From Lytechinus pictus (taxonomy: Eukaryota): a stretch of 64,000 nucleotides of DNA. Location: contig NC_087251.1 of the NCBI RefSeq assembly GCF_037042905.1, positions 23,684,001 through 23,748,000 on the forward strand, in the 5' to 3' direction. The notes below the pieces were generated by a model that saw only the letters and a program-made list of their open reading frames with translations, had not been told where the DNA came from and did no database searches. Positions 9,729-24,500 of this stretch are shown here, in pieces (within the stretch, counting starts at the first letter, position 1; the number at the start of each line of letters is the position of its first letter). Made by a program: the position numbers and the translations under genes.

Positions 9729-12700
9729 AAGTGTGAAAATGCAATCATACAGTCTGTAAAAAAAAAAAATCAAAATTGAAGGTTGACCAGGTATAATGCC
9801 TTAATTGATACATTCCATGTCATGATGTCCCATAAAAATGCAATTTTTTTAGTTCTTGTTTCCTTATCCATTCTTTATATTTGATTTGAATGAACTTACT
9901 GCAAAAATGTATGTTTCAAGATAAATGAATATTTGTCATTCTAACATGTTTAAGAATTGTTTTATATTTGGGTTAGGTAGGGTAAATTGATTCATCATCA
10001 ACTCTTGTCTGCAAATGATTGTATAATAATTAGTATCAGTTTACTGTAATATGCTTACCATTTTAACCAAACATTGGTTATAATAATTGCAATATAATCA
10101 TGTATATTCATCATCACAATATTCCTGTTTAGACCAATTTTATGCCAAATTGCCATCATGAAACATTCCTATAGATCCCTGTTCTGGTAACTCACTCTTA
10201 TTCCAGATGCAAAGAAGTGCTTTTATTTGCACTACATCATTGTATTAACAGTTGATGTGAAATGTGTACAATCACCATTCCCTGTTTCTAGCTGCCTTGT
10301 TATTTTCTTTTAATGCCTGCTTTAATTTGACTTTTGACAATGTGCAATCAGAATACTGTATACAATCTAAAGAGGATTAGTAAAACGCTTATTTTATTTT
10401 CATTTTACAATAGTTGTATTTATGAACAAAGAAGCTAGAAGAGTTTTATCATGTAGGCCTATTCTATTGATCTTACGATTGTAGTGCATACATATATGCA
10501 GTAGAAGGTAGAACTGGGTAATGTCTGATTTTTTTTTCATTACATCGTTTCATTTTCATATTTCGCAAAAGATGTCATATGTTGCACATTTTAAGACTAC
10601 AATTAGATTAAATAACAGAAAAAACACAATAAATGTGTAAAAAATGATAGAACTAATTCTAAGAGTTTGGTGCATGCATCAAATTGAATAAGGGTTTCTC
10701 TCCCTTTCTTCACTTCCGATTATCAAAATGTTTTTGATTTTTCATGTTTTTTACTTTCAAATTACCAACAATCATACCAGGTGCTCCATATCTAACTAGG
10801 CAGTCATAATGTAGCCCACCTTTTCCTTTGTAACTGAAACATGCAATGATTCATTTCTTCATAGATGTGCATAAAGAATACTTCCTGTGTACATGTAAAT
10901 TATAAGTAAAAATTACTTTACAAATTCCATGACAAGTCAAACCATGTTTTAAATTCAGCAAGCAGGAACAAACTTGTGTAATTTCATGTAATAATATGCA
11001 ACAGAAAAGATGGGCTTGCCTTGAGGACATTGTTTTATTCACCATTTTTGGAAGCATCATTCAATTTCAATTACAATCCACTGCTTTTTTTTTATATTTT
11101 ATTTCAGATCAAGGTTCCCCAGGGCATCCTTTTTTCAATTTGTTTTTTTCCACTCATGCATGAATGAGGAATCTTCTGAGTTATAGTACACCAGGTGAGA
11201 GAGATTCTAAACTTTACAATGTTAGGTCATTTGTGATCGAGTTATGATAAATCATCATTCTCTTTTTTCTGGTACGCATTTTAAAAGGAACAGGACGAGA
11301 GTCTGTAGTTGATAAGACTCTAAATGCACAATTTTTTTTTCAGGAATCCTTTGTTCGGGTGAGTCTGAAAACAGGTTTCGTCATGCATGCTATTCAACAA
11401 TTTTTTTTATATAACTATGCAATTGGGATTTAATTTTGTATACTGCAATTTTGTTATCTGCTTAGACTTAGCCATTTGAAATATTTGTCTTTGTGTAAAA
11501 TAGTGAAATTTGTTCTTAAAGAGCACAGAACAGTGAATTTGTATTTATAAACTGGTTGTCTCTATGAATAGATTGCTGTATTGATGGAGAAAACTGTTAG
11601 TTGAAACCAGATTTGTGGACTTTATGGACAGGTGATCACTAAAGTAGGATTTTTATCTAAAATTTGAAATACTTGAACTACTTAGAAAAGACTCAAGATC
11701 ATGACCATGCTCCCATTGAACTTTTTCAAAGAGCATTAAAATTTGATAATTACCATGTTCATATTACTTAAACAAGAAATCCAAGATGGAGTTTTATAAA
11801 AGCTATGCATTAGTTTATTCAGCTATGCACGACTTAATGCACAATTGGTGACTCTCTCGTGCTAAATTAGTCAGATTCTCAATCATTTGTATCTTCATCA
11901 GCTTGTTAAAATTGATCTTTTCAAATTAAAATCCTTGTTAAAAACATCTGAATGTAGTTTGTTATTTGTTAAAACTTGATTAGAATTATAGAAAGAGCAC
12001 TCACATTAATTTGATTTCAAAACATGAAATTTTGGGTATCTCAATTAATGGGTCACCAGTTGCAAAAGTCTTGCATAACTTACAAACAGCTTTAGGAAAT
12101 GACTTGGATTTCACCGAGTTTCCATTAATTGCTAACTTATGTTGTAAGTGGTAGGTTTTATGCAACATGGCTTTGAAGTTCCCTAGATGTGTTCATAGTA
12201 AAATCACTTTAATTGAATATTTCATGTTTGTCTCCAATTCTCATTCTTTCCAGTTGCAGACACGATACTAAGTAACAGAAAATGAAGGAAGTATGAAAGG
12301 GAGATGAGAGAAAGAATACAAAAAGAAATTGAAAAACTGAAAGAAATATCACTATATACATGTAAGATATGAGAGGGAAAAAAGCAGGAGAAATAACAGA
12401 TAAAGATGCAGGAATAATAATGGGTAAGAATACATGGCCAGAGGGCAAGGCTGCTGTCCTCTCATCAAATGGTAACTGTGCCATATTTGTGACTTACGAA
12501 TAGATATGTATATTAATTTTTATACAATGCGCAATAGTACGGTGGAAGTTGAACTCTACGGCAAAGTTATCATAGATGCCAAGTTTTGTGCAGCAGTATC
12601 CTTTGTCCATTATACACCCCCTTTTCCTCTCCCTTCTGTCTCACCCTTCCCCTTTCTCTCACCTCTTTATTTCACAGAGCTCTTTGTAAAGTTATTGTCC

Positions 12701-13534
12701 CGTATTCTAAAGTTGGGTTTATCTTGGACCACGGTCTATGTGCTAAAATTATGGGAGCCAAACATTCTATTCATTTTGTATATTTCATTTGTTTACCATT
12801 TTGTTTCCTTTTGCTATCATAATGAAGAAAAATACTTCATTTATCATTACCAGACAATTATTAGCATCCAAGTGTCAAACGAGTTTAATTGTATGTGTAC
12901 TGTTAGCGATTTGTGACCAACCGGCCCTCCATAGTTAAACCATAACTTTACACCCGAGTTCAGAATACAGGCCATTGACTTTATAAACAATTTGATTGCA
13001 ACCATCAAGGTAATTTCTTCATAATTCAGGGGGTCATGATGCATAAAAAATGTTGCATTCATATGCAACTAAAAATATCGAACATAATTCTCAAATATAT
13101 ACACTTCTGATTGGTTAAAGATTTGCATATGAATGTAACTTTCTGTAACAGGCCCCATGATAAAGTACAAATGTTTCAGATGTTTTCAAGCCATAGAAAA
13201 ATTGAAAATGTGAAATTCAGTCAAATTTGTAGATAAAAATGTCAAATTTCCCCATTTCATATACTACTGCCCTGCATCGACAGAAATGCGTCATAACCTG
13301 GGCATATCTTAATCTTTATGTTTTGTATTGACTTTGTAAATTTCTTTCCTTTTTTGTGATTTCAATAAAGTGATATCAAATCAAAACCATTACTAACTTT
13401 TGGTAACTAAACGAACGGCTTTCTGAAATACCCCTGGACTATCTTTCACACATTAATTTCTTGTATCACATAAAAGTCCATAAAACTTCATGTCCACATC
13501 CTGTAGGAAAGTTGTCACAGACCACAATCTCTAT

Positions 13535-13738
13535 GGAGTGTTGCAAGAAACTTGCAATCAATTGAAAATCAATTTAAGGTCCCAAAATCAATTATAAGTC
13601 TGGTAATTAATTGTAAATTACTATTGATCACTGGTCTGCTTCTCGCATCAAGAAGAATAAATTGATTTGTACGATTCAAAATTGACCCATCAGTTGTAAA
13701 TTTGCAATTGATTGCAAACATTTTCTTGCAACAGCCCC
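13535..13738. mobile_element. Small palindromic MITE (Harbinger-like termini)
   Basis: GGAGTGTTGCAAGAAACTTGCAATCAATTG ... CAATTGATTGCAAACATTTTCTTGCAACAGCCC inverted termini. Confidence 0.65.
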
Positions 13739-15510
13739 TTAGACTCTTGTCACAATTAACACTATTCACAGCATTCACCTATACAGGGCTCGTCGCACTT
13801 GTAGCTTTACAAAAGTTGAAGGTATTCACGAACATATTTTTCTAATTTCCTTTTGTTCTTTGTTTTTTTTTAAATAACATTATGTGAAGTTGTCTATAGA
13901 AATCCCAATCTCATTTCAAAGGCATCATCACTGATCAACACATTTTGGAGAAAAGGATCCCTAGTAAATTAACAAAATTTTACAGAATCAATGACAGAGA
14001 TACTGCAATTTCAAGAGTATTTCTTCCAAACAAGACATATCCTGGTCTTTGTGTAGCATAAATACCTGTACTACTTGGGATCTTCCTGAATGTATATCTA
14101 GAGTATTCTCCCAAATATATATCAATGAAACTGCATTTAAGTTGGTCATATTTCATCACACATCCTCACCACAGTCCAAGAGAAATGAAAGTATGAATAG
14201 CATCAAATTTACAGTTCAATTATTTATTAAATCAGGAAAGAGTCTTGTGTCTCCTGAGATAGCATGGTAGATGGTTTGAGATAATCAACAAGTCTACATC
14301 TAACACAACATTCCTTACCATACACTTTGCATATTAAAACTATGTACAAAATTAAGAAACATATTTTAGTAATTGTCCAATGCTTTTCTTCCAATGAAGG
14401 CAAGAATAAGAGTCAAGTAGTATTGACAGCATGAACACAATATATATTTACATATCATTGAATTGGATCGCTTATTCCTCTTACAGAATCATTTGCTTTT
14501 TACCATCCAATTATTCCATGTGTTGTGTCTATCATCAATATATCAATTACCTTTTTTTCAGAAGAGGGGATATCATAAAACATTCAGTTTGAATTATCGC
14601 TTGAATATCTAAAAAGCATGGCCAACAAAGTATGAATACCATATTAATTAAACAAAAAACATCCTACATCATTTAAAAATTGTTATCTTGATAACTGGGT
14701 GAGTCCAGTGAAATAAACTGGATTTGACCGCGGAACAGAGTACTTCTCAGGTAAATCAGTATAAGGTTTTCATATGATTTCAGACTCATGATTTTAATTA
14801 ATTAGGTTTCCAGGGGGGGGGGGGTGGTCAACAATTACAACAAAAGTTGTTTCTTTCTTAAAATGCTAAATCCAAAAATGCGCCTAATGTTGGGTTGAAG
14901 CCTTTAAGGTATTTCCAAAGCAATGTCTATATTTACAAACATGTCCTTGAGCAGGAATGTATCTCTTCACTGTAAAACATAAAATTCATTTCATAATCAT
15001 CAGTAAACATATAATCCGTAAGACAGAACACTTCACTGACATATAAAAAGATTTAGGTGAAATCCAAATAGTAAGCTAATACAAAATCTAACATCTATAA
15101 AACAACAGGTCAAAAATACAAACAAAATTACAATCTTTTCCATTTGATTACTATTTACATACTCCCACATATCAACGATAAGAATCTGTTACCAACTGTA
15201 TTAACTTACCACATTAACATGTTTGTTTTATTTACCTTTTAAGCAGTATTTACATCATATAATCAAAGCTAAAGGTTATTTTATTTTGCTGGGTAGGGAT
15301 CATACAAGGAACAGATATTCATGATCTTACTTAATACCACTGACAGGGTCATCAAATATGCAAGCATTTTAACAATTCAAAAATTAAACAATTCTTGAGG
15401 TCACCATACTCACAAAGAAAGCCTGAACTAATCAAAGAGCCAAGATGTATTGTATTTCGGATAATGATCTCAACATTGTTCTTCAACTTTCTCTTTGCAT
15501 CTGTACAGGC

Positions 15511-18500
15511 CTACTGGCTTGACCCAGATCCTCCATAGTTGCCATAGTTGCTGTAGTACTGGGCGTACTGTTGGGCATACTGAGGGTTCTGCTGGTAGTA
15601 TTGTTGATACTGCTGTTGATAGTTAGCATACTGTTGCTGCGTCTGTTGCTGAGACGGTTGGTTCTGTTGATACCCCTGGTTGTACGAGCTTTGAGTGCCC
15701 TGGGTGTAGCTGCTGGTGTTGCTGCTATTCCCATACCCCGAGGTGTTGCTGTAGTTTGATGAAGAACCATAGCCTTGGTTTGAGCTGTAGTTACTTGATC
15801 CACTACCACTCCCGTAACTTGACTGCTGATTGTAATTTGACTGCTTGTTCTGTTGGTAGTTGGACTGAGAGGAAGAAATAAAAAATTTGAGATTAAAATT
15901 CACCTCAATGAATAAATGCAGAGATTTGGTCAATTTGAAAACCCTACTTTCAAACCTAGTCCATTTTTAGTTCATCTATATTTATAATGAGATCCGACTT
16001 CTTTCAATGCGCATGAATTAAAACATTTCTTTTACAGCCAATTAACTTCATGGTTTTGTGCGACAATTCTCATTCGATATCTTTGAAACTGGAATAACAA
16101 TCTCCATCAATCTGATGCAAGTCAAATTTATCCTTCTTAATAATATTTTGAACAATGTAGTTGAATCATAAAAAGCAAACACCTAAAAGCAGTTTCAAAT
16201 GGAAAATCAGTATTGACCTTAGACAGTCAGCTGCCCCTGGGTAACAATTTCAACTACAGCACTACATTATTATCTTGCTACATAGCTATATCCATAAAAA
16301 CAAGAACAATTTCATACGGCTGTTCCTACAAAATGAATAATTCCCAGGATGTGAGTCAAATACCTGGTTTCCGTATTTGTTGTATGAGCCTTGGTTCTGA
16401 CGATTGCCATAGCTTCCACCACTGCTCTGGTTTCCATACCCACCAGAGCTGGAGTTTCTGTTGTAGTTACTACTGCCACTACCGTAGTTGCTGCTTCCAC
16501 GATTACTGTAGTTGCTGCTACCACCACCGTATCCACCACTGTTGTATCCTCCTCCGCCACGTCCACCACCGTAGCCACCACTTCCGCCACCGCGACCACC
16601 ACCATATCCACTGCCACCACGGTTCCAGCCTGAACAAAATGATATGAAGCAGATAGTAATTATTTCAAATAATTGTTATTTAACATAACAATGAACATGT
16701 TGGGAATTTACTCTGGTTGAATATTCAACCTTGGGAGATGTCAAGAGTTTTTACAAAGTTCTAGCATTTACCAGTATAAGAATTTTTGAGGAAAGAAACT
16801 GAGATCTTATTCTCGATGATTAATGTGCCGAGGAAATTAACAATGCACTGAGCTATCTGTATATATTTACGAAGTAAATGAAAGAATGGTGGCATACCTC
16901 CTTCACGATAGCCTCCTCGGTATCCACCTCCTCCACCATAACCTCCACGACGGTCACCGTGATCATATCCACCAGAACGATAGCCACCACCGCCGCCATA
17001 GCCTCCTCTTCGGTCATCATGACGGCCGTATCCACCACGGTCATATCCTCCTCTGAAGTCTCGACCACCACGACGGTCAAAGCGAGGTTTGAGTCCTCCA
17101 GCGTCCTTGCCTTCTTTGCGGTAGCGCTCTACCAGGGGCTTGCACTCCTCCTCACTCAGCTCAACATACTCCACTTCATCAAAGAGCACACCCTTCTCGG
17201 GGAGCTCAAAGTTGGCTAAATAAATCACAATGTGGGTTAGCATGAAAGAATAAAAATAATTAGCACATGGAAATGTTCCTTCATGAAGCAGTGTGGCCCA
17301 TACTTTACACTTACTCTACAGTTGCCTACATTAAGACTTAACAGGCTAATTCTACAGAGTAAGACGATGGGTGATTACATTTGTTTGAGCCATTGCTGGC
17401 TATTGATCCCTACCTTTCATCTCATTCACAGCATGGTCCGGGACGTCCTTGCCTTCTTCTTTAGTGCGTTTTTCCACTCGCTTCTTAAACTCTTCATCAG
17501 AGGGAACTAATACGATTGCTTTGGTGCTGAAACCCTCAAAAGGGCGCATTTTTCTTCTTCTTGCGGAGGGATACACATTTGTCTGACAGCAGCATTGAAG
17601 TAGGAGAGAATAATAGTGATTATTTCTGATTCCATACTTGGGGCTATTAAAGCCGCATCATTCAATTCTCTGTAATGATAAGTCCATACATGTTACTAAA
17701 ATGGTCATAACAAGAGTTTGAAGTAATATACATACCCCATCTGAAAGAAAGAAGTGGTTAGTTGTGCTTGCCTTGTGCATAAAACTGAAATTTAAAGCCA
17801 ACAGAATCAGAAAATCCAGTGCATCAAATCTTCAAATCTACCTCTGACCCAGAGATGCCATTGGTGATACTAACATAATATATTATGTCTCAGTCCGGCT
17901 ACACTACACAATTCACACATATTGATACCTTTAACATATTGATACCTTTAACATTCTTAAACAGTACACAATAATTCAAGTATCAAAGGAAATCAAAATG
18001 AATGTACTTAAAGTTTTCAAAGAGAAAAAGAGACAAATACACTTCTAATTTAATATGCATGCAAAATTACCCACAGCTGATCCATCAACAAAGATAATGC
18101 CTTTGATATTCAAAGTGACAATGGTTGGTAGTTCTATTACTCTTAGATGACTATCTATTTGAAGAGTTTGAACACCATTGCAATCCAAACCTCTATCCCA
18201 AACCAAATCGTGATTTCGTGCAATAAAGCAAAACATTGAGCGACATATGTATCTCTGGTAAGTCATGAATAAGTTTTCTCCAGAATTACCATTAAATTAA
18301 AATGAAATATTGGGCACTTTGCTACAGATTCCTTTTTATTCAAGTTTTAAAATCTATTTTCATCTATACTGCATTCGCAGCTGACTTTAAAAAAAAAAGA
18401 GCCTAACTTGATCAAATGAAAATGTATTGTTCTCCTTTAGCAAAACTGTTACTAGCCATCATATCACAAAATGATTTAAATCATGACAAGAAATTTCTCC

Positions 18501-21500
18501 CACATTATTTTTTAAACTTCATTCACAAATATGTATGGTATCCTTACTTTTCATTTTCATTTAGTAGGCTAAATGTAGACATATATAGCACCATTCCATT
18601 TTATTGGTCTTTCCTTTTCCAAATACTTGTTACCTCAATTTATATAGTCTAAATTTACCAAATACATCCCCTGATCATCCACAAACTTTGATTTGGTTAA
18701 TGTTATCTCTTTCAAATTTTACCTTTATCATTTTCACGTAGAGCTAAAACAGAATAGAAATAAAGACCTCCATGTGAAATGTAGATGACCTCTTTCTAAC
18801 ATATTGCTTGTTATACAATACTCTGGAAAGCAAATTTTTGCGTAATGAAAAACTGTAGCATCAGAGATAGTCTTTGAAGTATCAGTTCACCCTTTTCACC
18901 TTAAAAATTAGATTCAGCAGTCATGATACAAACACTTGCACATTATCAAAATTCTCTGACTTTTTTTGACCTCCAAAGCAGCAAAGACTCATCGTGCGAT
19001 TCACGCATGGCAAACTTGAGCATGATTTTGCTAACAATATAATAGATTACACAAATTTATTCATTCAAAGAAAATTGTAATGCTGAATATATCTGACTTT
19101 CTCTAACATTTCAAAGATTTTCTTTTGTAATATTCCATGACTTTCTTTTGCTTTGGGAAAATCCCAAACATCCCATGATCTGTGACCCATATCACGCTGG
19201 CACTAACCAATTCTCATAACTGTTGTAGCTCCTGAACATCCTCTGCTTTGCTTCATATCATTTCTCCAATTCAATTCAATTCAATTCAATTCAATTCAAT
19301 TCAATTAGCGTAATTGACATCAAATGGGTCTTCAGAGTTGGTAAAATTTAAGCACATCTTTGTTGTATGAAAAATATCACTTGATCCCCACATATAATTA
19401 TCTAAATCATTATATTACATAAATTACTCCAGATTTTTACAATAGAGGTAAAATTATTCTAAATTGAGGCAATTCTTTAATAGCTACTAACATAATATAT
19501 CAATATCAAACAATTTTCACTGCAAACAGATACCAAATCTACATTCGTAATTGTTGCTGTTAAAGTAAAACCAATGGCAAGCTCATTAAGGCTAACAGAG
19601 GTATGTTTTAGTGATTTGTAATGCAATGAGAATTTCAACTATTTTTGAGTAATAATTCAGAATTATGCAACAAGGCTAGGTGTTCAGCACTACACTGCTT
19701 CTTTCTCCAGTTAGACAACATACCTGGTCAAGAATGTAATTACGGCGCTTTCGGGCTGCAACTTCAAAGAATCGATTCAAACACTTGGTAGCCAAGTCCA
19801 TCAACTTGTCCCAACGACCGGCATAGTTACGCTGACGGCGGAGCCCCATCACCTGCAAATAAATACATTGTTCAAAATACTTACAATTCCATAAATATCT
19901 TTGCCATTAAAATATCTATAATAAAGCTGGCGATTATTGCCTCACATCTGACTTTTCAAAGGTTACATGATTTGCTTTGGTTCAAAATGATAGGTAAAAT
20001 TTAATTTTTTCTTTCCAAGAAATAAAATTTAATTTTATTTGGATTTATCTCAGTATATAACATAAATACCTTTGAGATCCATCATGAGGTGATATAAATT
20101 AAGAATAATAACTTTAGTAGTGGTAACACTTGGGACAGTTGGTTTGACATGTTAACTTACCTTCATCTTATCCATGATGAGATTGGTGCCAAGGATATAG
20201 TATTTCTTGTCAGTCATATCCTTGCAAGCCTGGATGGTCCATGTTGTCTTACCAGAGCCTGGCAGACCAACCATCATCAACAGCTAAACAAACAACAAAA
20301 TGTGAAACATTTATCAACATAATATTCGACAGTCATGTGAAGTTTTAATAATGAATACTGATCTGATAAATCCAAGACTGAGCTCCCAAATGCTATAATG
20401 ACAATGTATTCAAATTCTCTAAAGTATGTTGACAGAACTCAATCCAAATTTCCATATTTTCTGAAAGTTCAGATTTAATTTTCCCTCTGGTTTTGTGCAT
20501 TATGAAGGAAAAATTACGATGCTTGATATCATGTATATTGTACAATAAGAAAAAATTGAAATAAAAATGTGAAATCTGTAACCTCAACAAATGAATGAAT
20601 TATAATAAACCAAAGAATAGACAAGACAAACAAAACAAATGCATTGAGAATTTTTATTCATTCACCACTGCTCTTCGAAGAAAAAAAGCACTACGTAGTC
20701 TCAACAAAAGAAATGAATTCCAAAATTTCACAAACTGATGAAAATGGCATAGAAAAGAGTATTCTCCAAATCTAGAACACACAAATAAACATTCTGTTTT
20801 TAAACAGACATAGCATAATTCGCAAATATATTCCATGAACAAGGTACATGTGAAATCACCGCCACTTGGTAACTTTTATATTCTTTGGTTTTCAACCCAC
20901 ACAGGTTATTCTCGCAAATGATCTTCAACTACTTAGGTGATAGTGAACAGGATCAATATACCAACAACATATATACAACAAAACAAAACAAAATGGAACA
21001 AACTTGGGCTGCAAAGAAAAATAGTCTTACTCTAAAATTGAATTACTATACACTCCAAGGACTATAACATATTAAAAAAATATGGACTACCATACAAAAA
21101 AACCCAACCCCCCCCCCCCCCAAAAAAAAAAAAAAACAATATGGAACAACTTTGGGGCTAAAAGTATTGAATAATCTTACTCTAAATTTGAACTACTAGA
21201 CTACAATATCCTTAGAACATATGGACCACAAAACATAACAAAATATAAACATAGGCTGGAAAAAATTAAAATACTTCTCTAAATTGAATTCTCAGTCTCC
21301 ATCACAGGAACAGAAAGCTCTATCAATATGAATTTCCCTGAAAGTAATGGAATGCCATTCTCCCACAAGCACTTTTATTGTACACAAATCAAATGACAAG
21401 AGTACACCAATTACACGTACCACATAAACAAACCTTTCATAGACATGACATATGATTACGTACACTACACATGAATGTTCTTTTCAAATCTATTGGAAAA

Positions 21501-24500
21501 TAATAAACAAGGATACAAACTAAATATGCATGAATCTAAATGCATGCAAAAAAATTACATTTTCATGATCAGAATGTTAGGAGACAGCAATAACTCCCTA
21601 AAGAGAGGGGAAAAAACCTTTCAAGATTACTTTCTGTTCAATTAAATCTACTACGGGAAGTAACAAGCTTGGGGCATTTTGGCAGAAGGCAGTCTGGCTG
21701 CAAATCTCTGAGTGTGAAAGATTGGTCAAGCAGCTGTCTACACTCCTTCCACACCGTACCCTGATCTGCAGTTGGAACATTGTACAGTTCAAAGATGTGA
21801 TGCTGAATCTCAATCATTCTTGGACATGTTATAGATGGACGGGAACCCTCACTCTTTCTTGGGAACATCTTCCTTGCCAAACGAAGTGCGCATACTTTGT
21901 AGTTGGCACTAGACTTGTAGATTTTCTTAACCTCTGACTTCTGCAACATCATCTTCGAGGGTTTCACCTTTGGCCTGGCTTGAACAAGGCTTCTCTCAAC
22001 TTCACCAGATTTGGACAGAGTAGCGATAGAACTCGTCTTTCCATTCAATGACTTGGACTTTGTAAGCGCATCAGGGATTTGGTCAAGAGGCACAAAGGAT
22101 GGTGTCGGTGAACGAGACATACTTTTACCAGCAGTTTTCCTGTGTGAAATACTTGCTGCTGATCCTGGACATAGCCTGTTCAGCTTCATCTTGGTTACTT
22201 GTAACTTGTTAACAGTCTGTGCCAGATCTTGACATACTCCTCCATTTTCTACATTTTGTAGAAATGTACTTGAAAGTGCATTGTTTAACAAGTTTATGTT
22301 TGTCAGAAGTGATTCTAAAATTCCATATCCTTCTTTCGGTTTAGGACATGATTCTGCATCTGTCTCTTGGAGATGTCCTGATAGGCTAACCTTTGGGTTA
22401 CAAGTATCAAATCCCTGTGGGAGATCATTATGTGTATGCTTCATCGAGCAAGACGAGGTATGATATAGACTGATTAAACGAGTCTCTAGCAACTTCTTCA
22501 AGTTCTTGCTAACAGTGTCATCATTATTCTGGAACAAGTCTTCAGTCATCTACAAAATATACAAGCAAACTTTAAGGGTTAGCTTTTTCATAAAAAAATT
22601 GTTTTTACAACCTTAAAACTATATTGAATCGACCGATAAAATAAGAAACCCCAAATTAAATAGTTCAATGGGGAGGCAAATTAAGAAATGGAAAAAGGAT
22701 AAAGCTAGATAATGACCCAATATGATTTTATTAATGATCAAATTTGAAATAGATTCACATTCTCTGGTCTTGTATGCATCTAAGGTGAAAACCACACACC
22801 TTGTTCTTGTATTCTGGTGAGACAGGACATGGTAGATACTGGACCAGCATCTCAACATCACCTGCACTTCCTGTATATTAAAATTGATAATCAATGTACC
22901 TCAGAAAATATCAAGCATGTGGCTACTAAGTTTTCAGATCGATTTTATACATCACAAAGCATTGACTATTTCGTTACGATTCATTCAATGTTTTGGTAAA
23001 AATATGCTTGAGCCACATGTTATGCAAACAAAAAGTAAAAAGATTATTTGGAAAAAGTGTACATTATGGGACAAAATAGGCTAGGGCATCTGTGATTTAC
23101 TCATTATTTCTTCATTCCAATTTGAAAAAAAAAATAGATATCATCTAACTTCCTTCTTTATCCATCCCCCACAATATTCCTATCCATTTTATTGTAAGTA
23201 CCTGTAATGCAAAATAAATGTGATTCATTGTAAATAAGTGCTAATGCAAGCCCTTACGTAGAACAGACAGCACTTTCCCACGAAGAAGAGATCCTTCCCA
23301 CACAACAGTAACAAATGAATGCTGGATAGTTGATCCTTCCACGATATGACTAGCTGGTATGATACAGGGGCTCCATTCACCAAGAAAACCTACAAGTACT
23401 GCAACATTCTAGAAACGGGAAAGGAAATTGGCTGGCTGGAAGGTGTGATTATCGGTGACCAGTCCATGGGTAAGCTGACGTAGACAGGGATGATAGTGTG
23501 ACGATGGGTGCTGATGAAAGCAAAGGTCTTCAAGGCCAGTCTCGCGTTAGTTGTGTTATTTGGAACCAATGAATGGCTGGTACTAGATTGCACACCCACA
23601 CATTACCACATTACCATACCACAATTACCTGCACTTTTTCACAACTTAACTGCACAATTGTCAGTTGTTACCAGGGACTTTTACTAATGGAAAGGAAACC
23701 GCCAAATCCCTTGCCATAGATAGGGGTTCACAGGAACGAAACAGAATTCAGTGCTTAAGCATTTTTTTTTCATATCATTTTATACGTCGGTGTAGTAATT
23801 TGTGCCAGGTGGATGAGAGGGTGTTATATTGAATCGAGTGCAATTTAGAAATTTAGATGTTGAAAGTGGTGCCGACCACTTAAGTTGACAACAATGATCA
23901 CCATCAAATAGAAAGATATTCACAAGGAGACATGGATGACTTCTAGAACAATTCAAAATTTATTTACGAATGGCAGGTAATAATATACATTGTATAAAGA
24001 ATCTTTTCATGATTATTTCGTTATTCTACATTTACTGGTGTTTACAGCCTTACCTTTTCTTTTTATGCACATGAAACAACCATATTTTTCAACAGACACA
24101 CGACAATAATACATGTTAAACTCAAATTCATGTTAACAAATAATCTATACAACACATTTTGACACAAAGACACCCACAAAGAAAAAACACAAAGCACAAA
24201 TACACTGACATGACATGAAATACAAGTGACTACAATTCTGCATTTTGAGTTTATAAAAAATCAAACTAAATTGTTACAAACAATAACAGGTTCAACTGTG
24301 TATCATGTATACTCAATAACCCATGTCATTACTTGATGTCATGTATTACAATTTTATTACATTTATTCAGATCTTCAGTTAATACACCAATAACATAATT
24401 CATTTAAACTGATCAGGGTCAGCCAAATTTTCTTAGTTTCTGTCTCTCTGAGCATGGACAAATATATTCATGACAATCAGGTTTTACATCTACAATTTAC

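Noticed and set aside
15483-17219. Overlapping alternative-frame and antisense ORFs (V/A/T-rich, H/C-rich)
   Set aside because: Shadows of the RGG and QYN-rich hnRNP U exons.
22619-22894. 91-aa ORF from the track ([17 protein letters not shown]...)
   Set aside because: A different frame of cassette exon B. Using it would put exon C out of frame, whereas the phase-1 frame links A, B and C cleanly.
23190-23220. AG|GT recursive-splice-like site on the minus strand (TTTGCATTACAG|GTACTT)
   Set aside because: The donor half is weak and the intron between cassette exons A and B is only about 390 nt, too short to need recursive splicing.
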